From an uncultured Clostridia bacterium (GTDB lineage Bacteria > Bacillota > Clostridia > Christensenellales > UBA1242): a stretch of 64,000 nt of DNA. Each line of letters opens with the position of its first letter. The stretch's first letter is position 1. Positions 15,001-21,109 of this stretch are shown here, piece after piece. Below the pieces are notes generated by a model. It saw only the letters and a program-made list of their open reading frames with translations, searched no databases and was not told the DNA's origin. The DNA lies in assembly GCA_947649575.1 (NCBI GenBank), contig CANSRZ010000002.1:4049-68048 (forward strand). The letters are read 5' to 3'. Both the position numbers and the translations under genes were made by a program.

Positions 15001-15746
15001 CCAGTTACAACATAGTTCATTGCTTCCGCAATAACACCAATTGCAGGAGTACCATTTACAACATCTTTTTCACTGCTCGGCCTATAGTCATAACAATTGA
15101 CAACTCTTATGCTTGAACCGTAAGCCACAAGAGCACCTTTATATTTTACAGAAGTAGAAACATATTTGAAAGAATCAATAATAACACTGGTAATTCCACC
15201 ATTGTTAACTTTACCAAAAAGGCCAGCATACACATTGCCGTTGCCTACAGATGATGAAACATCAGCCATAACTATTCCGCTGACTTTGTAACCGTCACCG
15301 AAAAATTCGCCAGTGTAAGGATTGGCTTCTGTACCAATGCCAGTCCACAATTTTTCGCTAAGGTCAATATCCGCTTTCAAAACATAGTTTGCAGCAGAAG
15401 CTTTTACGCCAGTTGCAATATCTTGATTATGTACGATATTGTAAGAAACAAAAGCAAGTTGCTCTGCGTTTTGAATTGGATAGAAAGCCGCTCCGTTGAT
15501 TGTTTCAGGATCGTCCAAAGAAGAAACCGCTTCTTGAATATCTGGATTCTTCTCCGCATCAAAATGGTCGGTCCAAAGCTCAGTAGGAGTTGCGCCCTCT
15601 TTTGCAGACATAGAAATGCTATCCTCGCCAGCAACAGAGTTTTCAACTTTGTGAGTCTTTTGCATGCCAGACACAAAACAGAATGCTCCAACGGTCAAGA
15701 GCATCATTGCGAGGCAATAAAGACTTTTAAAAATTTTCTTTCTCAT
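1..15746 (-). CDS. Giant secreted/cell-surface repeat protein, truncated at its 3' end by the window edge (at least 5,248 codons in window). Signal peptide, then a GLUG-like beta-helix module, then many Listeria-Bacteroides-type (G[YF]xFxGW) and MBG/YDG-type (TITKKxIDxS...KEYDG) repeats
   Basis: The minus-strand ATG at 15746 is preceded by the SD aagaggag. Translation starts MRKKIFKSLYCLAMMLLTVGAFCFVSG and continues ...ANPYTGEFFGDGYKVSG...YAGLFGKVNNGGITSVII. The track lists no ORF in this frame, as expected if there is no stop before position 1. Every listed minus-strand ORF here is in a different frame (end coordinate mod 3 = 1, versus 2 for this frame). Spot translations in frame: 7443-7559 CYTDVNGKTFTLTITKKNIDISKTEISKEYDGTTSLPSN; 1680-1757 EFAITITKKEIDLSGVQGIEKEYDGE; 9453-9509 ANPVRTGFDFAGWTNLPTG; 3-59 NVENAEITKKIVGSDGINN. 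Confidence 0.85.
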   Translation of the reverse strand, partial: MRKKIFKSLYCLAMMLLTVGAFCFVSGMQKTHKVENSVAGEDSISMSAKEGATPTELWTDHFDAEKNPDIQEAVSSLDDPETINGAAFYPIQNAEQLAFVSYNIVHNQDIATGVKASAANYVLKADIDLSEKLWTGIGTEANPYTGEFFGDGYKVSGIVMADVSSSVGNGNVYAGLFGKVNNGGITSVIIDSFKYVSTSVKYKGALVAYGSSIRVVNCYDYRPSSEKDVVNGTPAIGVIAEAMNYVVTGGNDMRAGGTGDVKKYTTKEAIDANRLTIGESTSASGSKADLTQGYAVGFDTGSAYAELYKTLAGQTDVKLNHLFLYTSDLTDSPTLGRISSSIFGSATGVPVLRNIAINNNVDPRAYVIRKGYKLQDWGAMSDWLTNGLRATANFEKTNIDVTIDYGYGVEANKRITTYEVPYDATFKEALTDGTMVDGLKVNAINPLRIGYVLEGVYGNSAFTGDKLDQSTTIYIGDAVAGYTDDAPAHTIYTNWTIGAKHSFQISRTRMAGEDFASSEPFGDITVSGADAYSDGDVMETNTNAYINHTPNADVTITFSLAYGYTLDTFAIRTADTTGATTYGAAEYYENANLTDANEQGYAPNSRGGVNAIIAYTGKGLEYTSPTTQNLNDPYTPVNAEIVKAENGTYTITIKNMVAGANFYLVACREEVAIELKNVAGELSLAGHKPAFTAVGSKTTDATGNENSVLYTRTGENFVLTLDASATDKYFMMNPSSNAISGIAYVGKDAGAEDGQLGLMEYWYANHVVATATELGFTHENAGAGAGKYINFSASTLTIKVQVNAPEYSVKPAGATSANDLIMYVFNGTNKSGTTESNNLSASVGMQTIPGQDNQVFGFRLGYDNTNPFYELNDRNGAGVITLVAANDEVLSFYFDTDAGQIVVWNSGYVPSEESPKTPLELGGQYGVTFYIKPIEYTINVEYTIDGKTIEEYAAESGKNATEIYALYFQSQTMKITSTEAKPTYALTSHAISATLTEAYKAYFNNTVTVETYYIVMENGQQVKKALDTTYLTNQTFENGVFTVTAQIAATEFGPATTEQYVRVNFTTKDITLKFTEDASTPMSGFDGTNTLEHALMPITEGGAVITSLKAKLDIASGKLTLENDVQGVNIISGYYFLNWYLQGDTVISQIDGNKYAVGNIFASESDSLSAVEALIDKGTTTINVFAKIQAKTVAVTFDGTGDALVRRKLADNSYSSAEENLTEVVTFNYPDTERVFSFTQRDFWKIAYTWTGWETTNTNVARKTNGSTFTAAELVAIWGELAQEPIYNIDGHAVTLYADSDMNGEITFTPTWTERAMTATWTGLDSENNKVDGSITVKVGDTIWLKASSVRNEATFATVRGDLTSVTNKASVLIPVGYHANGFTLVSGTKQNSRPQTEGDVAITDGNDVWIPLTITAENIESLLSSDYYFASAETGSSEFVLSITEEAGQIVPNVYNVTIDLHNVDGKYYETLKALNEEHNLVTHNPSYTFTINYKADVGARLNELQVSLTRLGYTLKALVGSVNSQSVTFAEFDGTTWKTNNNFFNLADNVILNAVYEVNATDSDKHIGVELINEQSLIYNGDAQTVAKAVISTKNNEDVAVANFVFASGERIVSYAWNEAGDGLNLNLTNYAQSYRMVDDVETYIPHTFTVTIKDLFTNENYTITIDTTKAAITKNTVTATRPAISSYYSGTETFYGVPNEDGVVTLGQINYVGGTKAGSAVAGLGNITINRLVDSASSGFIVGNTYAAVYRFELSDEIADNFTNITSVVDNGVTYYEYLVTGAVAIVKTPITVTAYGNGLYVADSIKQYPNYNTADASVYSIFGNEDYAFEIQGTLETSSGAFGKYLPTGDKTFGWAGDYTITKGGNDVTAYFDVTFAGEYDIVDANESNANIFQFNARDVYALDNVLNAKANDTASITLGSLSISANGTELTDIEWATAGNGIYTYRHHGNAILTISGYGTYNLKVIVLKSQVMDEVTYNYTVALTAKASAGADGYKFAGFFSAFEPETISSEVSLAVNNGLTDEANLTSDTANPYAGTSNISLVYTNVKPIKLSTVTGSTSTILVSKGTSLADRANPVRTGFDFAGWTNLPTGVTAVVSGDNTTFTVADSADLAAATINATWTVAKPVVSGIKTTITKFANEAGSIPVNVSELYTAIDNRSSENMSYTYAWFTSEGVELTTNNSSTGDRHTFNNLSAGQYYVVITATYTGSDSYVTGNTNTSSNIEFELVVNKLTITASRPENAQTSYEFAGSDLKSKVNDISISIFENVGETAIETISNAFNNSLTDKKFNFSISYKKDESANAVPTTSIYNAGIYTITLNVTDTDVYNIPTNASFEIVVTKKALTLAQTDVDVLSKTFGEEDKDPLSITKTIFAGVTNENIEFTFTREEGEAVDSYPLTLTSAEYENAHTVGGVTITPEDNYTITATGLNFVIGKTTSKLYIELNEELSLVYAGQANSVSIGKPVYADDEWTITLTLGENSQTVKVVNMYYLVGAVYTKVTKDIENALADFTFQIFDEDGANTARATNVGSYTVKAIGTNSTYTGLAFCTTADSKVTASDNASLKVTAKDIVVTEITKDFDTTDTFNLANITSTGIVAGDAVTISGTFDSEEAGDRTIKTIEKTGANAANYNIVTTGASVSISKSGNAVSVTVGKDSFVYGDLGSSITEALAELTVSVAGHETGANYISVGALTIADVNANLSTAEKLKFGTYTVSVTMTSTCYTDVNGKTFTLTITKKNIDISKTEISKEYDGTTSLPSNITWNMNGALATDDVSIDASKASFASAEWTGLDKATAITGMALAGDDKDNYELIGDVSGNIVDTELTFNSDYSFNFVDDDETNPTNDTFKVIYRGSVDGLLTQINNVSTTRTGYTQKGWKYNNVVLTEDNIASLLADAVKAKREASDNLTLNANWTINTIELVINPTNATVEVTGDSVVKANDTTWKFNYFSTVTVKVTGAEGYKLQSVTGFTVPEANITGRNTKNATIILEKLRVSGTLGITMAEINVTVVVDKNKPAHADIDSAWGVKVQESFTYTQAQDALNSILPALTPNPLNSYVQGDFAVAGDNANIESIAYNSTASLWSLLDDVTADTTITFTASWTEADVALTITTDGNADVVVKVGENTITGNANVYTVKFYDTVTISVTGKTGYKFKAYTASEDFVNGGISTPVAGNKTAEFTITNVQSAGSIAIKMDTIKVTITVDKNTPNYVTDADISLPAINSPYVYNTIRTSQVSSVIIDSTIIAGTYTFAGYKYAVGDAEFATLGTKTIADIFADPTSDVTLKLQATWTAVEYTITFTTDEGTITGDTTIKVPYGGTLPTLPTFNNPGKTGAWKYVSGDSERIVKAGDVLTDFYYNAGAAITFVAEWNANPYKLNIVKDGTHFTSVLVNGTAITDAGVEVTVLDTIKVIAQFADGYRLLNAELDNSANATISGRNGNEFTITGVNANITITLTEEAITYKFIVDAVSGIETITGANEKEIKFDAKYSTSGLADVVIARTGYTLAKFVDANDESIVFVTFDDSGVATYTDAAYTTAGDTHVKAVWTLNAGYYTASATTTDRTYNGLKQDVATASISENGAVVSGTQFANKDTIKAEYWAIVNGEGEAKTYTPVTGNNGKVLSLKNVADSNAIYAYVVVIVDALTNKEYTIYTTDTTIKISQNNVEADGFTFKGYYTNTDAYVATEDAVSGKLVYATGKTNIDELAVKEIKFAAINNVGTGYGVKIYLSGASEEVVANYANIKHDDSGYYFEVAGSAEVVKTKLHVVVSGSGFETGAVHQPRKVVITSAITGNFDALEISAVVTTKDATLGEKTDFDVDFNSITLGGVDVKANFDLDNLIFDGSKYTIISKADAYTTNIDITKFGTGDVNAILTISSVVVGEDTITIPAIYNFYNHHDGDTVVFTISANRSGKVTIIVNKDYTVSFNVAVSGYGDNKVIGWFAKTDAEDESKLYEALRGLTGAQSYAHSFTAENADKSVVLTTLKAVKAYIGDGSDNGEWYYFDITDTTTGVKVEVPTWKGYDFKEWRTTLSNSQVKVEKRGDEYYVVALAGISNIQPTRITALWNLAKPVLTLTNSTVNASADPNGVKVASEQLAPTIANSDAGITYSYKWFNGETEIVPDSDGLITVDGKVGSNTYSIQVVAERDGYEAVSSEKVAFTVVVVATKLSMTAEAQTFDYSNKNFASNVYATVDGKQVIVGEHLDSTANFYFIIEKDSEAVTEIKDAGNYTISFNVNGSYYETDSASFAVTVNQATRSISAADLSNKGIWEYVGHPKTNDDLKANFTFEFATQGTSETIEVSFVRPATEDNAVGFYGQEKGFAIASGYSANYILTLESDAKYEIRQFSGELRIEVVNKGNLTKVYDGENVKLEIATDGKSIFAYNASDVAKTPIATSDIKLYTYDPDSEAITEIEDGAILNALSGISFAIAENNASVKADGYEITIEIGANASYGVVQFLNNAKVYFNVTQKTITVTSVKKFFDRTADVSSENNTETYTQISANGIITADEADVVISGTFNDEYAGTNKTVTLELTGAKAGNYKLVLADSAVVEIEKSNAPVEVEIGAIKSFPYATFKSDMTASDITDILGQVVAKIGETSDAISLGYITVTSIAWKQPETGSIYSNANHLKAGTQTLVVTLSSSNYVNADKAVEFAITITKKEIDLSGVQGIEKEYDGEVTLPDNINWGIDANIETGDKVSVNGTFDSADYNGGNPSAITAKLTGDDADNYLIIAHPQGIINQTTVTLVVDYTPETPFVDGEKDITIERTRFDISYPFNGDAQTTLNSFKLPTRVGYTAKSWSVSLDDRTAITATNFGNVLDSAFQAKKDKKEYKIGVNWERNNVTITLSDYENAGFEITTDGLEFVDGALTVPYYSSVTVNVTANVGYKFVNAKLSDSTKANATISVANAGKRSGGSFTLSNVSANVTVELDIQVIKVTINIAEGNHEHAELTANPWNKVKEVYDYTAEDLNKSIAELLPELKVTDGTYTLSGWTSSLGGEYNLTNTSTIKDIFTAPEDDEEITFTAKWTGITITVTFNENGGTWADGTNHDSIEVVFGEALSTGLGGRELPVAIKPGQVQTWNDAQSGLGNAYDKTTLLTTPASLIDGVYTLPLYAIFTNGSATVTVVIENKAGFTSIADGITELTTLTNNYTKDLKYSVDELILNVSVKAGYSFKAELSPNTGVLDVTKSSINLSLLASNATLTITAVPKESTLTVNVENAEITKKIVGSDGINN

Positions 15747-15797
15747 ATTTTTCTCCTCTTAATTTTTTTGTTATGTATAATAAATTTATACAAGACA

Positions 15798-15826
15798 ATT
15801 ATATCAATCTTTGAAAAAAAAGGCAA
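15798..15826 (-). promoter_or_regulatory. Sigma-A-type promoter for the giant gene (-35 TTGCCT, 17-nt spacer, extended -10 TGaTATAAT)
   Basis: The minus strand reads ttgcct-tttttttcaaagattga-tataat about 45 nt upstream of the ATG at 15746. Confidence 0.5.
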
Positions 15827-16224
15827 ACAAATTGACCAGATTTTGATAAATATTAAAATATTTATTTCCCTTTAATTTCCTAGCAAAGAAAGATTTAAAA
15901 AATCAAATTTACAGCTAAAAATTTAATTTTTTAATAATTTGCGAAAAAATATTAAAAAACGCAAAAAATATTTGATTTTTTAAGTATTTTTTGAAAATTA
16001 TCTAAATTTATTTATTTTTTATTAAATATTTTATTATTTTTTGAGTAATTTTTTATTCAATATTTTTTATTAAAAAATTAATAAAATAATATTTCCCTAT
16101 TTATTTTTTAATTTATTTTACTTTTATTTTTCTTATTTTTCTTAACTCAACTAATTTTTAATTGCCGTAAAAATTAAATTTAAAAAATAAAGTCAAAAAA
16201 TCAAGCTCCAAATATAATGTATAT

Positions 16225-16746
16225 ATGGACATAAATTTTATATTAACTCAAGCTTTTGGCTTTGTCGCATTGATAATAATTTGTTTTTCTTATTTTGTTA
16301 AGAGCAAAGAGAAATTTCTGCTTATCCAAATTATCGCCAACTTTTTCTATGCTACTGCCTTTCTATTTCAGGGATTGTTCGTTGCAGGAATAGGAACTTA
16401 CATATCATTACTCAGAACTTTTGGCTTTTATTATTTAATCAGAAAAGGCAAACAGCCAGATCTTCACTACTTATTCATAATCTTTGCAGTGTATTTTATC
16501 AACACTTCATTATTTTATCAATCGCCTGCTGACTTCATAGCACTTGGCACAAGTTGCGTTTTTACAGTTGCATATTATGTTAAAAATATGACATTAACTC
16601 GTTACATGATGATTATTCCAAACTTAATTTTATGTATTTACAATATTTGCAATTTATGTTATACAAATGCAATACTTGACGGAATTGAAACTTTAATTGC
16701 AATAATTTCATCGTTCACCATGAAAGAAGTTAAAGAAAGCATTTAG
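16225..16746 (+). CDS. Polytopic membrane protein, YgjV-like (putative)
   Basis: 173-aa ORF that is hydrophobic throughout. The N-terminal pattern QAFGFVALIIICFSYFVKSKEKFLL.Q..AN..Y resembles the YgjV inner-membrane family. TATAAT (16213-16218) lies only 6 nt before the ATG, and there is no SD. Confidence 0.4.
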   Translation: MDINFILTQAFGFVALIIICFSYFVKSKEKFLLIQIIANFFYATAFLFQGLFVAGIGTYISLLRTFGFYYLIRKGKQPDLHYLFIIFAVYFINTSLFYQSPADFIALGTSCVFTVAYYVKNMTLTRYMMIIPNLILCIYNICNLCYTNAILDGIETLIAIISSFTMKEVKESI

Positions 16747-16833
16747 CAATAATTTATAATATTTTCATAAAATTTCAATAAAAAACTTAAAAAATACGCG
16801 TATTTTTCAAAATAATAAAAAATAAAAGGTTGT

Positions 16834-17925
16834 CTACCTTTTATTTTTCTTTTTATCTGTTATGAATTTATAAGCGTAAGCCCCTGCAGTTGTCACAGCT
16901 GCAACGCCAACAAATGTCCACCCGATAATTCCAAACACATTGGCCTTGCTATGATTATTCTCAATCACAATAGGACTTTCGTTTGTTTCGGGCGCACTAG
17001 TGTCCACTGTGATATCGCCATTCTCTTCTTCAACACTTGAATACATCGCTGTGTCAATCACATTGGCAAGATATGGAAGCGAATTTTGAACAGCCTCCTT
17101 TTCAATCAAATATGTTCCCATCTCAAACAAAAGATCAGTTGTTTGATAATTTTGATTATAGTGTCCTTTTCCGCAATAAATATCAGAAAAAAGCCATGGA
17201 TACATACTATTGCCAATTGCAAACACATATTTTGCAAAAGAATAATTATCATCAAAGTTAGGGTTAGACTTGCCAACAACAATGCGTATTTTGCTTAAAT
17301 TTTGCCCATTCTGCTTTGTTTCATAATAACTTTTGCTTACGCCATCTCTATGAACATCAAACATTGCATCAGGGCTTTGAGTAGTTAACAGCTTGTTTGC
17401 AGTCACGCTAGACCTTGAATATGCACTGCTGTTGTGAGGGATATGTAAAGTTTCATCCAGCACTATATCAATGCCTTTGCTTTGCAACTCTCTTTGAAAA
17501 GATTTTGCAACATCATGAATGCCACCTGCTCCATAAACGCTATCATAACCATCGCTTGGCACATAGCTTTCATCATTATGAGTCATATATAAACATATCT
17601 TACCCTTTCTTGCTGCTCTTTGCAAAGGCAATCGCTCTCTGCCTATTTTAGGGATTTGCAAACGCCCTATCTTTTTTGCATAGGCTTTGTCACCTTTTAT
17701 GTCTACAATCTCATATTCATAGAAATCTTTGGTTACAAATGTATCTCCAACTTCCACAGAACTTTTTTCGCAGATTACATCATTATTGTCATCATAAACA
17801 ACATACCTTTCATAAGCATCACCATCAACTGCAAAAGTCATATTTTGGCAAATAACTGGCGATGGACAAAAAATAAGCATAACCAAAATTACAAACAAGA
17901 ACCTAAAGTTTAAAATCTTTTTCAT
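16834..17925 (-). CDS. spoIIP: Stage II sporulation protein P (SpoIIP, amidase/endopeptidase family)
   Basis: 363 aa with the SpoIIP core motifs LYMTHNDESY, FDVHRDG, IRIVVGKSNPNF, YNQNY and LLFEMG. It has an N-terminal hydrophobic anchor and an extra C-terminal TM segment. Confidence 0.8.
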   Translation of the reverse strand: MKKILNFRFLFVILVMLIFCPSPVICQNMTFAVDGDAYERYVVYDDNNDVICEKSSVEVGDTFVTKDFYEYEIVDIKGDKAYAKKIGRLQIPKIGRERLPLQRAARKGKICLYMTHNDESYVPSDGYDSVYGAGGIHDVAKSFQRELQSKGIDIVLDETLHIPHNSSAYSRSSVTANKLLTTQSPDAMFDVHRDGVSKSYYETKQNGQNLSKIRIVVGKSNPNFDDNYSFAKYVFAIGNSMYPWLFSDIYCGKGHYNQNYQTTDLLFEMGTYLIEKEAVQNSLPYLANVIDTAMYSSVEEENGDITVDTSAPETNESPIVIENNHSKANVFGIIGWTFVGVAAVTTAGAYAYKFITDKKKNKR

Positions 17926-18013
17926 AACTTTATTATGCTATATTTTTAATAAATTATCATTATTTCGCTAAATTTTGATAGTTTTTGCTAAATTTTTATC
18001 AAATTTTTAATTA

Positions 18014-19402
18014 TTATCCCATAATTGAGCCAACAGTTCTTGGGAACAATTCAACGTCGCGGATGTTTGAAATACCTGTTAGATACATAACTAATCGCTC
18101 AAAGCCAAGCCCATAACCTGCATGTATATTTGTGCCATAGCGACGAGTGTCAAGATACCAAGAATAATCCTCTTCTCTAAGCCCAAGCTCATGAATTCTT
18201 GCAATGAGTTTTTCATAACGCTCTTCTCTTTGACTGCCTCCACAAAGTTCGCCAATTCCAGGAACAAGCATATCAACCGCCGCAACAGTTTTGCCGTCGT
18301 CGTTTTGCCTCATATAGAAAGCTTTGATATCTTTTGGATAGTTCTTTAAAAATACTGGCTTTTTATAAACTTCTTCAGTCAAATAACGCTCATGCTCTGA
18401 CTGCAAATCAGTTCCCCACTCAACAGGATAAACAAATCTATCTTTAACTTTTTTCAAAATTTCAATAGCCTCACTATAATCAAGGCGAATAAAATCGTTG
18501 CTAACAACATTATTTAGTCTTTCAAGCAAGCCTGTATCTACAAATTTGTTTAAAAATTCAAGTTCAGCCTTGCATTCTTGCATAACATAATTGATGACAT
18601 ATTTAATCATCTCTTCTTCATTGTTCATAAGTTCATCGAGGTCACAGAAGCAGATTTCTGGCTCCATCATCCAAAATTCAGCTGCGTGACGAGATGTGTT
18701 AGAGTTCTCTGCTCTAAAAGTAGGTCCAAATGTGTAAGTCTTGCCAAAAGCATGAGTCAAAGTTTCTTCATGCAATTGCCCAGAAACAGTAAGCGCCACT
18801 TTTTTGCCGAAGAAGTCTTGACTATAATCAATCTTTCCGTTCTCCATAGGAGGATTTACCATATCAAGAGTTGTCACTTGAAACATTTCACCTGCGCCCT
18901 CGCAGTCAGAGCTTGTTATAATTGGTGTATGGACATAAACAAAGTTGCGCTCATTGAAAAACTTATGAATCGCAAATGCCGAAACTGAACGAATGCGGAA
19001 TACAGCATTAAAAAGGTTACCCCTAGCACGAATTGTAGGAATAGTTCTCAAAAATTCAACTGTGTGGCGTTTCTTTTGAAGAGGATAGTCACTTGCACAT
19101 TCTCCCAAAACCTCAACTTTATTGGCATTAATCTCAAACGGCTGTTGGGCATTTGGCGTCACAAGCAGTTTTCCCTCAACTTTGAAAGACGCTCCAACAT
19201 TTTGCTTAACAACTTCATCATAGTTAGCAATCTTTTCCTTTTCAACAACGATTTGCACTGATTTAAACGCCCCGTCGTTAAGTTCAATAAAAGCGATGTT
19301 TTTGCTATCTCTCACAGTTCTTGCCCAACCGCAAAGAACAATTTCTTTGTCGGCAAATTTTTCATAAGTTTTGTGTAAATCTCTTATTTCAACTCTTTTC
19401 AT
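18014..19402 (-). CDS. asnS: Asparagine--tRNA ligase
   Basis: 462 aa class IIb aaRS. Motifs: [30 protein letters not shown] and a C-terminal FPRTVGS. SD is aaggag. It lies 52 nt downstream of aspS with no terminator between them. Confidence 0.9.
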   Translation of the reverse strand: MKRVEIRDLHKTYEKFADKEIVLCGWARTVRDSKNIAFIELNDGAFKSVQIVVEKEKIANYDEVVKQNVGASFKVEGKLLVTPNAQQPFEINANKVEVLGECASDYPLQKKRHTVEFLRTIPTIRARGNLFNAVFRIRSVSAFAIHKFFNERNFVYVHTPIITSSDCEGAGEMFQVTTLDMVNPPMENGKIDYSQDFFGKKVALTVSGQLHEETLTHAFGKTYTFGPTFRAENSNTSRHAAEFWMMEPEICFCDLDELMNNEEEMIKYVINYVMQECKAELEFLNKFVDTGLLERLNNVVSNDFIRLDYSEAIEILKKVKDRFVYPVEWGTDLQSEHERYLTEEVYKKPVFLKNYPKDIKAFYMRQNDDGKTVAAVDMLVPGIGELCGGSQREERYEKLIARIHELGLREEDYSWYLDTRRYGTNIHAGYGLGFERLVMYLTGISNIRDVELFPRTVGSIMG

Positions 19403-19454
19403 ATATTCTCCTTTTTGTTATGTTATTATAACATTTCTGTATAATTTTAAACGA

Positions 19455-20759
19455 TTATGGATAAAGTCTTGCCGGACCACGGAACAAGAAAGTTATTTCT
19501 TTTACTGTAGAAAGATCAAACAATTTAGTTAAAAATCTTGTTATTCCAAGACCAAATCCACCATGGCTTGGTGCGCCATATTTGAAGAAAGACAAATATT
19601 CTTGCATAGTGTCAGGATTAATTCCGTTTTCTTTGATTCTTTCTTTCAAAAATTCATATCTATGCTCTCTCTGAGCCCCAGATGTGATTTCATGACCTTT
19701 ATATAACAAGTCATAACACTCTCCAAGTTCTTCATTATCAACTTTTTTCTTTGTATAGAAAGCACGTGCAATAATAGGGAAATCTGTGATAAACACATAA
19801 TCACTGTTATATTTTTCTTTAACATATTGACAAATTAATCTTTCACCCTCTGGGTCAAGGTCGCCCTTTAAAGAACGCGGAACAATATAATTCTTTTCTT
19901 TTTCAAGAATTTCATAAGCAGTTTTAAGTGGAATTCTTGGGAAATGCTCTACATCAATTGATGGCATTTCTTTGCCAAACAACTCTTTATATTTCTCGCC
20001 AAAGTTTTTATTGAGGTTATTAACAATATAGATAAGAAGTTCTTCTTCGCACTTCATAACCTCTTCGCAACTTTCAATGTGGGATATTTCAACATCAATG
20101 CCAGTGAATTCTGTGTCATGACGACTTGTAAAACTTGGATTGGCTCTAAAATATTCACCAATTTCAAAAACTTTATCAAATCCAGCCATCATTGCCATTT
20201 GCTTGTAAAGTTGAGGGCTTTGCGTCAAGTATGCTTTTTGGCCAAAATAATTTTTAAGTTCAAACACTTCAGAACCACCCTCACTTGAAAGTCCAGTAAT
20301 TTTTGGAGTATGGATTTCTATAAAGTCTTTTGAAGTAAAATATTCAAAAGCATATTTTTCCATTGCTGTCTGAACTTGAAACATAAAAAACTTTTTTTCA
20401 TCGCGAAGATCAATCCAACGATAGTCCATTCGCAAATCTGGAGAAGCGTCTGCCATAATTGGCAAAGGCTCTGCAACAGACTCAACAGTAATGGCCGTTG
20501 GCAAAATTTCTCCGCCACCCAATTTAACATACTCGTTTTTAACATATTCCCCCTCAACAGTTACAAAACTGTGAAGTGTGAGAGAAGAAATTTTTTCTGC
20601 CAAATCTGGATGTTCCTCTTTAACAACAGTGAGTTGAACTGCACCTGAAACATCTCGTAATACAACAAATTGCATAGATTTTTTATCACGAATATGTTCA
20701 ATAAAACCTGCAACTTTTTGCTTTCCCTCTTTTAAATTTTTAATTAATGTTCTTTCCAT
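19455..20759 (-). CDS. aspS: Aspartate--tRNA ligase, archaeal/eukaryote-like (type 2) form
   Basis: 434 aa. N-terminal OB fold (VAGFIEHIRDKKSMQFVVLRD), motif 2 FRANPSFTSRHDTEF, motif 3 GGFGLGITRF, and C-terminal FRGPARLYP. SD is aggagg. Confidence 0.85.
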   Translation of the reverse strand: MERTLIKNLKEGKQKVAGFIEHIRDKKSMQFVVLRDVSGAVQLTVVKEEHPDLAEKISSLTLHSFVTVEGEYVKNEYVKLGGGEILPTAITVESVAEPLPIMADASPDLRMDYRWIDLRDEKKFFMFQVQTAMEKYAFEYFTSKDFIEIHTPKITGLSSEGGSEVFELKNYFGQKAYLTQSPQLYKQMAMMAGFDKVFEIGEYFRANPSFTSRHDTEFTGIDVEISHIESCEEVMKCEEELLIYIVNNLNKNFGEKYKELFGKEMPSIDVEHFPRIPLKTAYEILEKEKNYIVPRSLKGDLDPEGERLICQYVKEKYNSDYVFITDFPIIARAFYTKKKVDNEELGECYDLLYKGHEITSGAQREHRYEFLKERIKENGINPDTMQEYLSFFKYGAPSHGGFGLGITRFLTKLFDLSTVKEITFLFRGPARLYP

Positions 20760-20804
20760 AAAATCCTCCTAAAATATTTAAAGTTGCATCAGGTTTGCAA
20801 AAAT

Positions 20805-21010
20805 AAAAAATCCTAATGCAATTGTTGCATTAGGACGAATATTTTTATATCCGCGGTGCCACCTAATTTGCTCTTGTTTAGAGCCACTCTTTAAGGTTTT
20901 CCAAACTCCAAAGTGTCTTTCACTCCATTTGCTAACAACGCACTTTCACCCCAACGCGTCTCTCTTTTGATAGTTTAAATAAAGTTACTCTCTTTTTCAA
21001 CATTTGATAT
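20805..21010 (-). promoter_or_regulatory. T-box riboswitch leader with terminator/antiterminator; candidate specifier GAC (Asp)
   Basis: The minus-strand leader contains an AGAGAG GA-motif and gtgaaaGACActtt as a candidate specifier. The T-box sequence aaattaggtggcaccgcgg lies at + coordinates 20851-20869. The terminator tcctaatgcaacaattgcattagga plus a T-run follows (stem 20811-20836). Confidence 0.75.
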
Positions 21011-21016
21011 GTTCCT

Positions 21017-21045
21017 ATTATATCCAAAAGTTTATCGCTTGTCAA
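21017..21045 (-). promoter_or_regulatory. Consensus sigma-A promoter of the aspS-asnS operon
   Basis: The minus strand reads TTGACA-agcgataaacttttgga(17)-TATAAT. Confidence 0.7.
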
Positions 21046-21109
21046 CAAAAAGTGAAATTATTTTTTTATAACTCCAAAATAAAATAAAAAAGAGTAATTT
21101 CTTACTCTC

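Noticed and set aside
1-15746. The idea that the first 15.7 kb is non-coding, a pseudogene graveyard, or uses an alternative genetic code, because the track shows no long ORF there.
   Set aside because: One minus-strand frame is open throughout, with a proper SD, ATG, signal peptide and coherent repeat-domain sequence. Every other gene in the window translates normally with the standard code. The track simply omits ORFs that lack a stop inside the window.
15750-16224. A CRISPR array, invertible promoter (inverton) or DGR template in the AT-rich intergenic tracts (also 39682-40009).
   Set aside because: There are no regularly spaced repeats and no long flanking inverted repeats. No recombinase or reverse transcriptase gene lies nearby. 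The apparent repetition is simple A/T-run low complexity.
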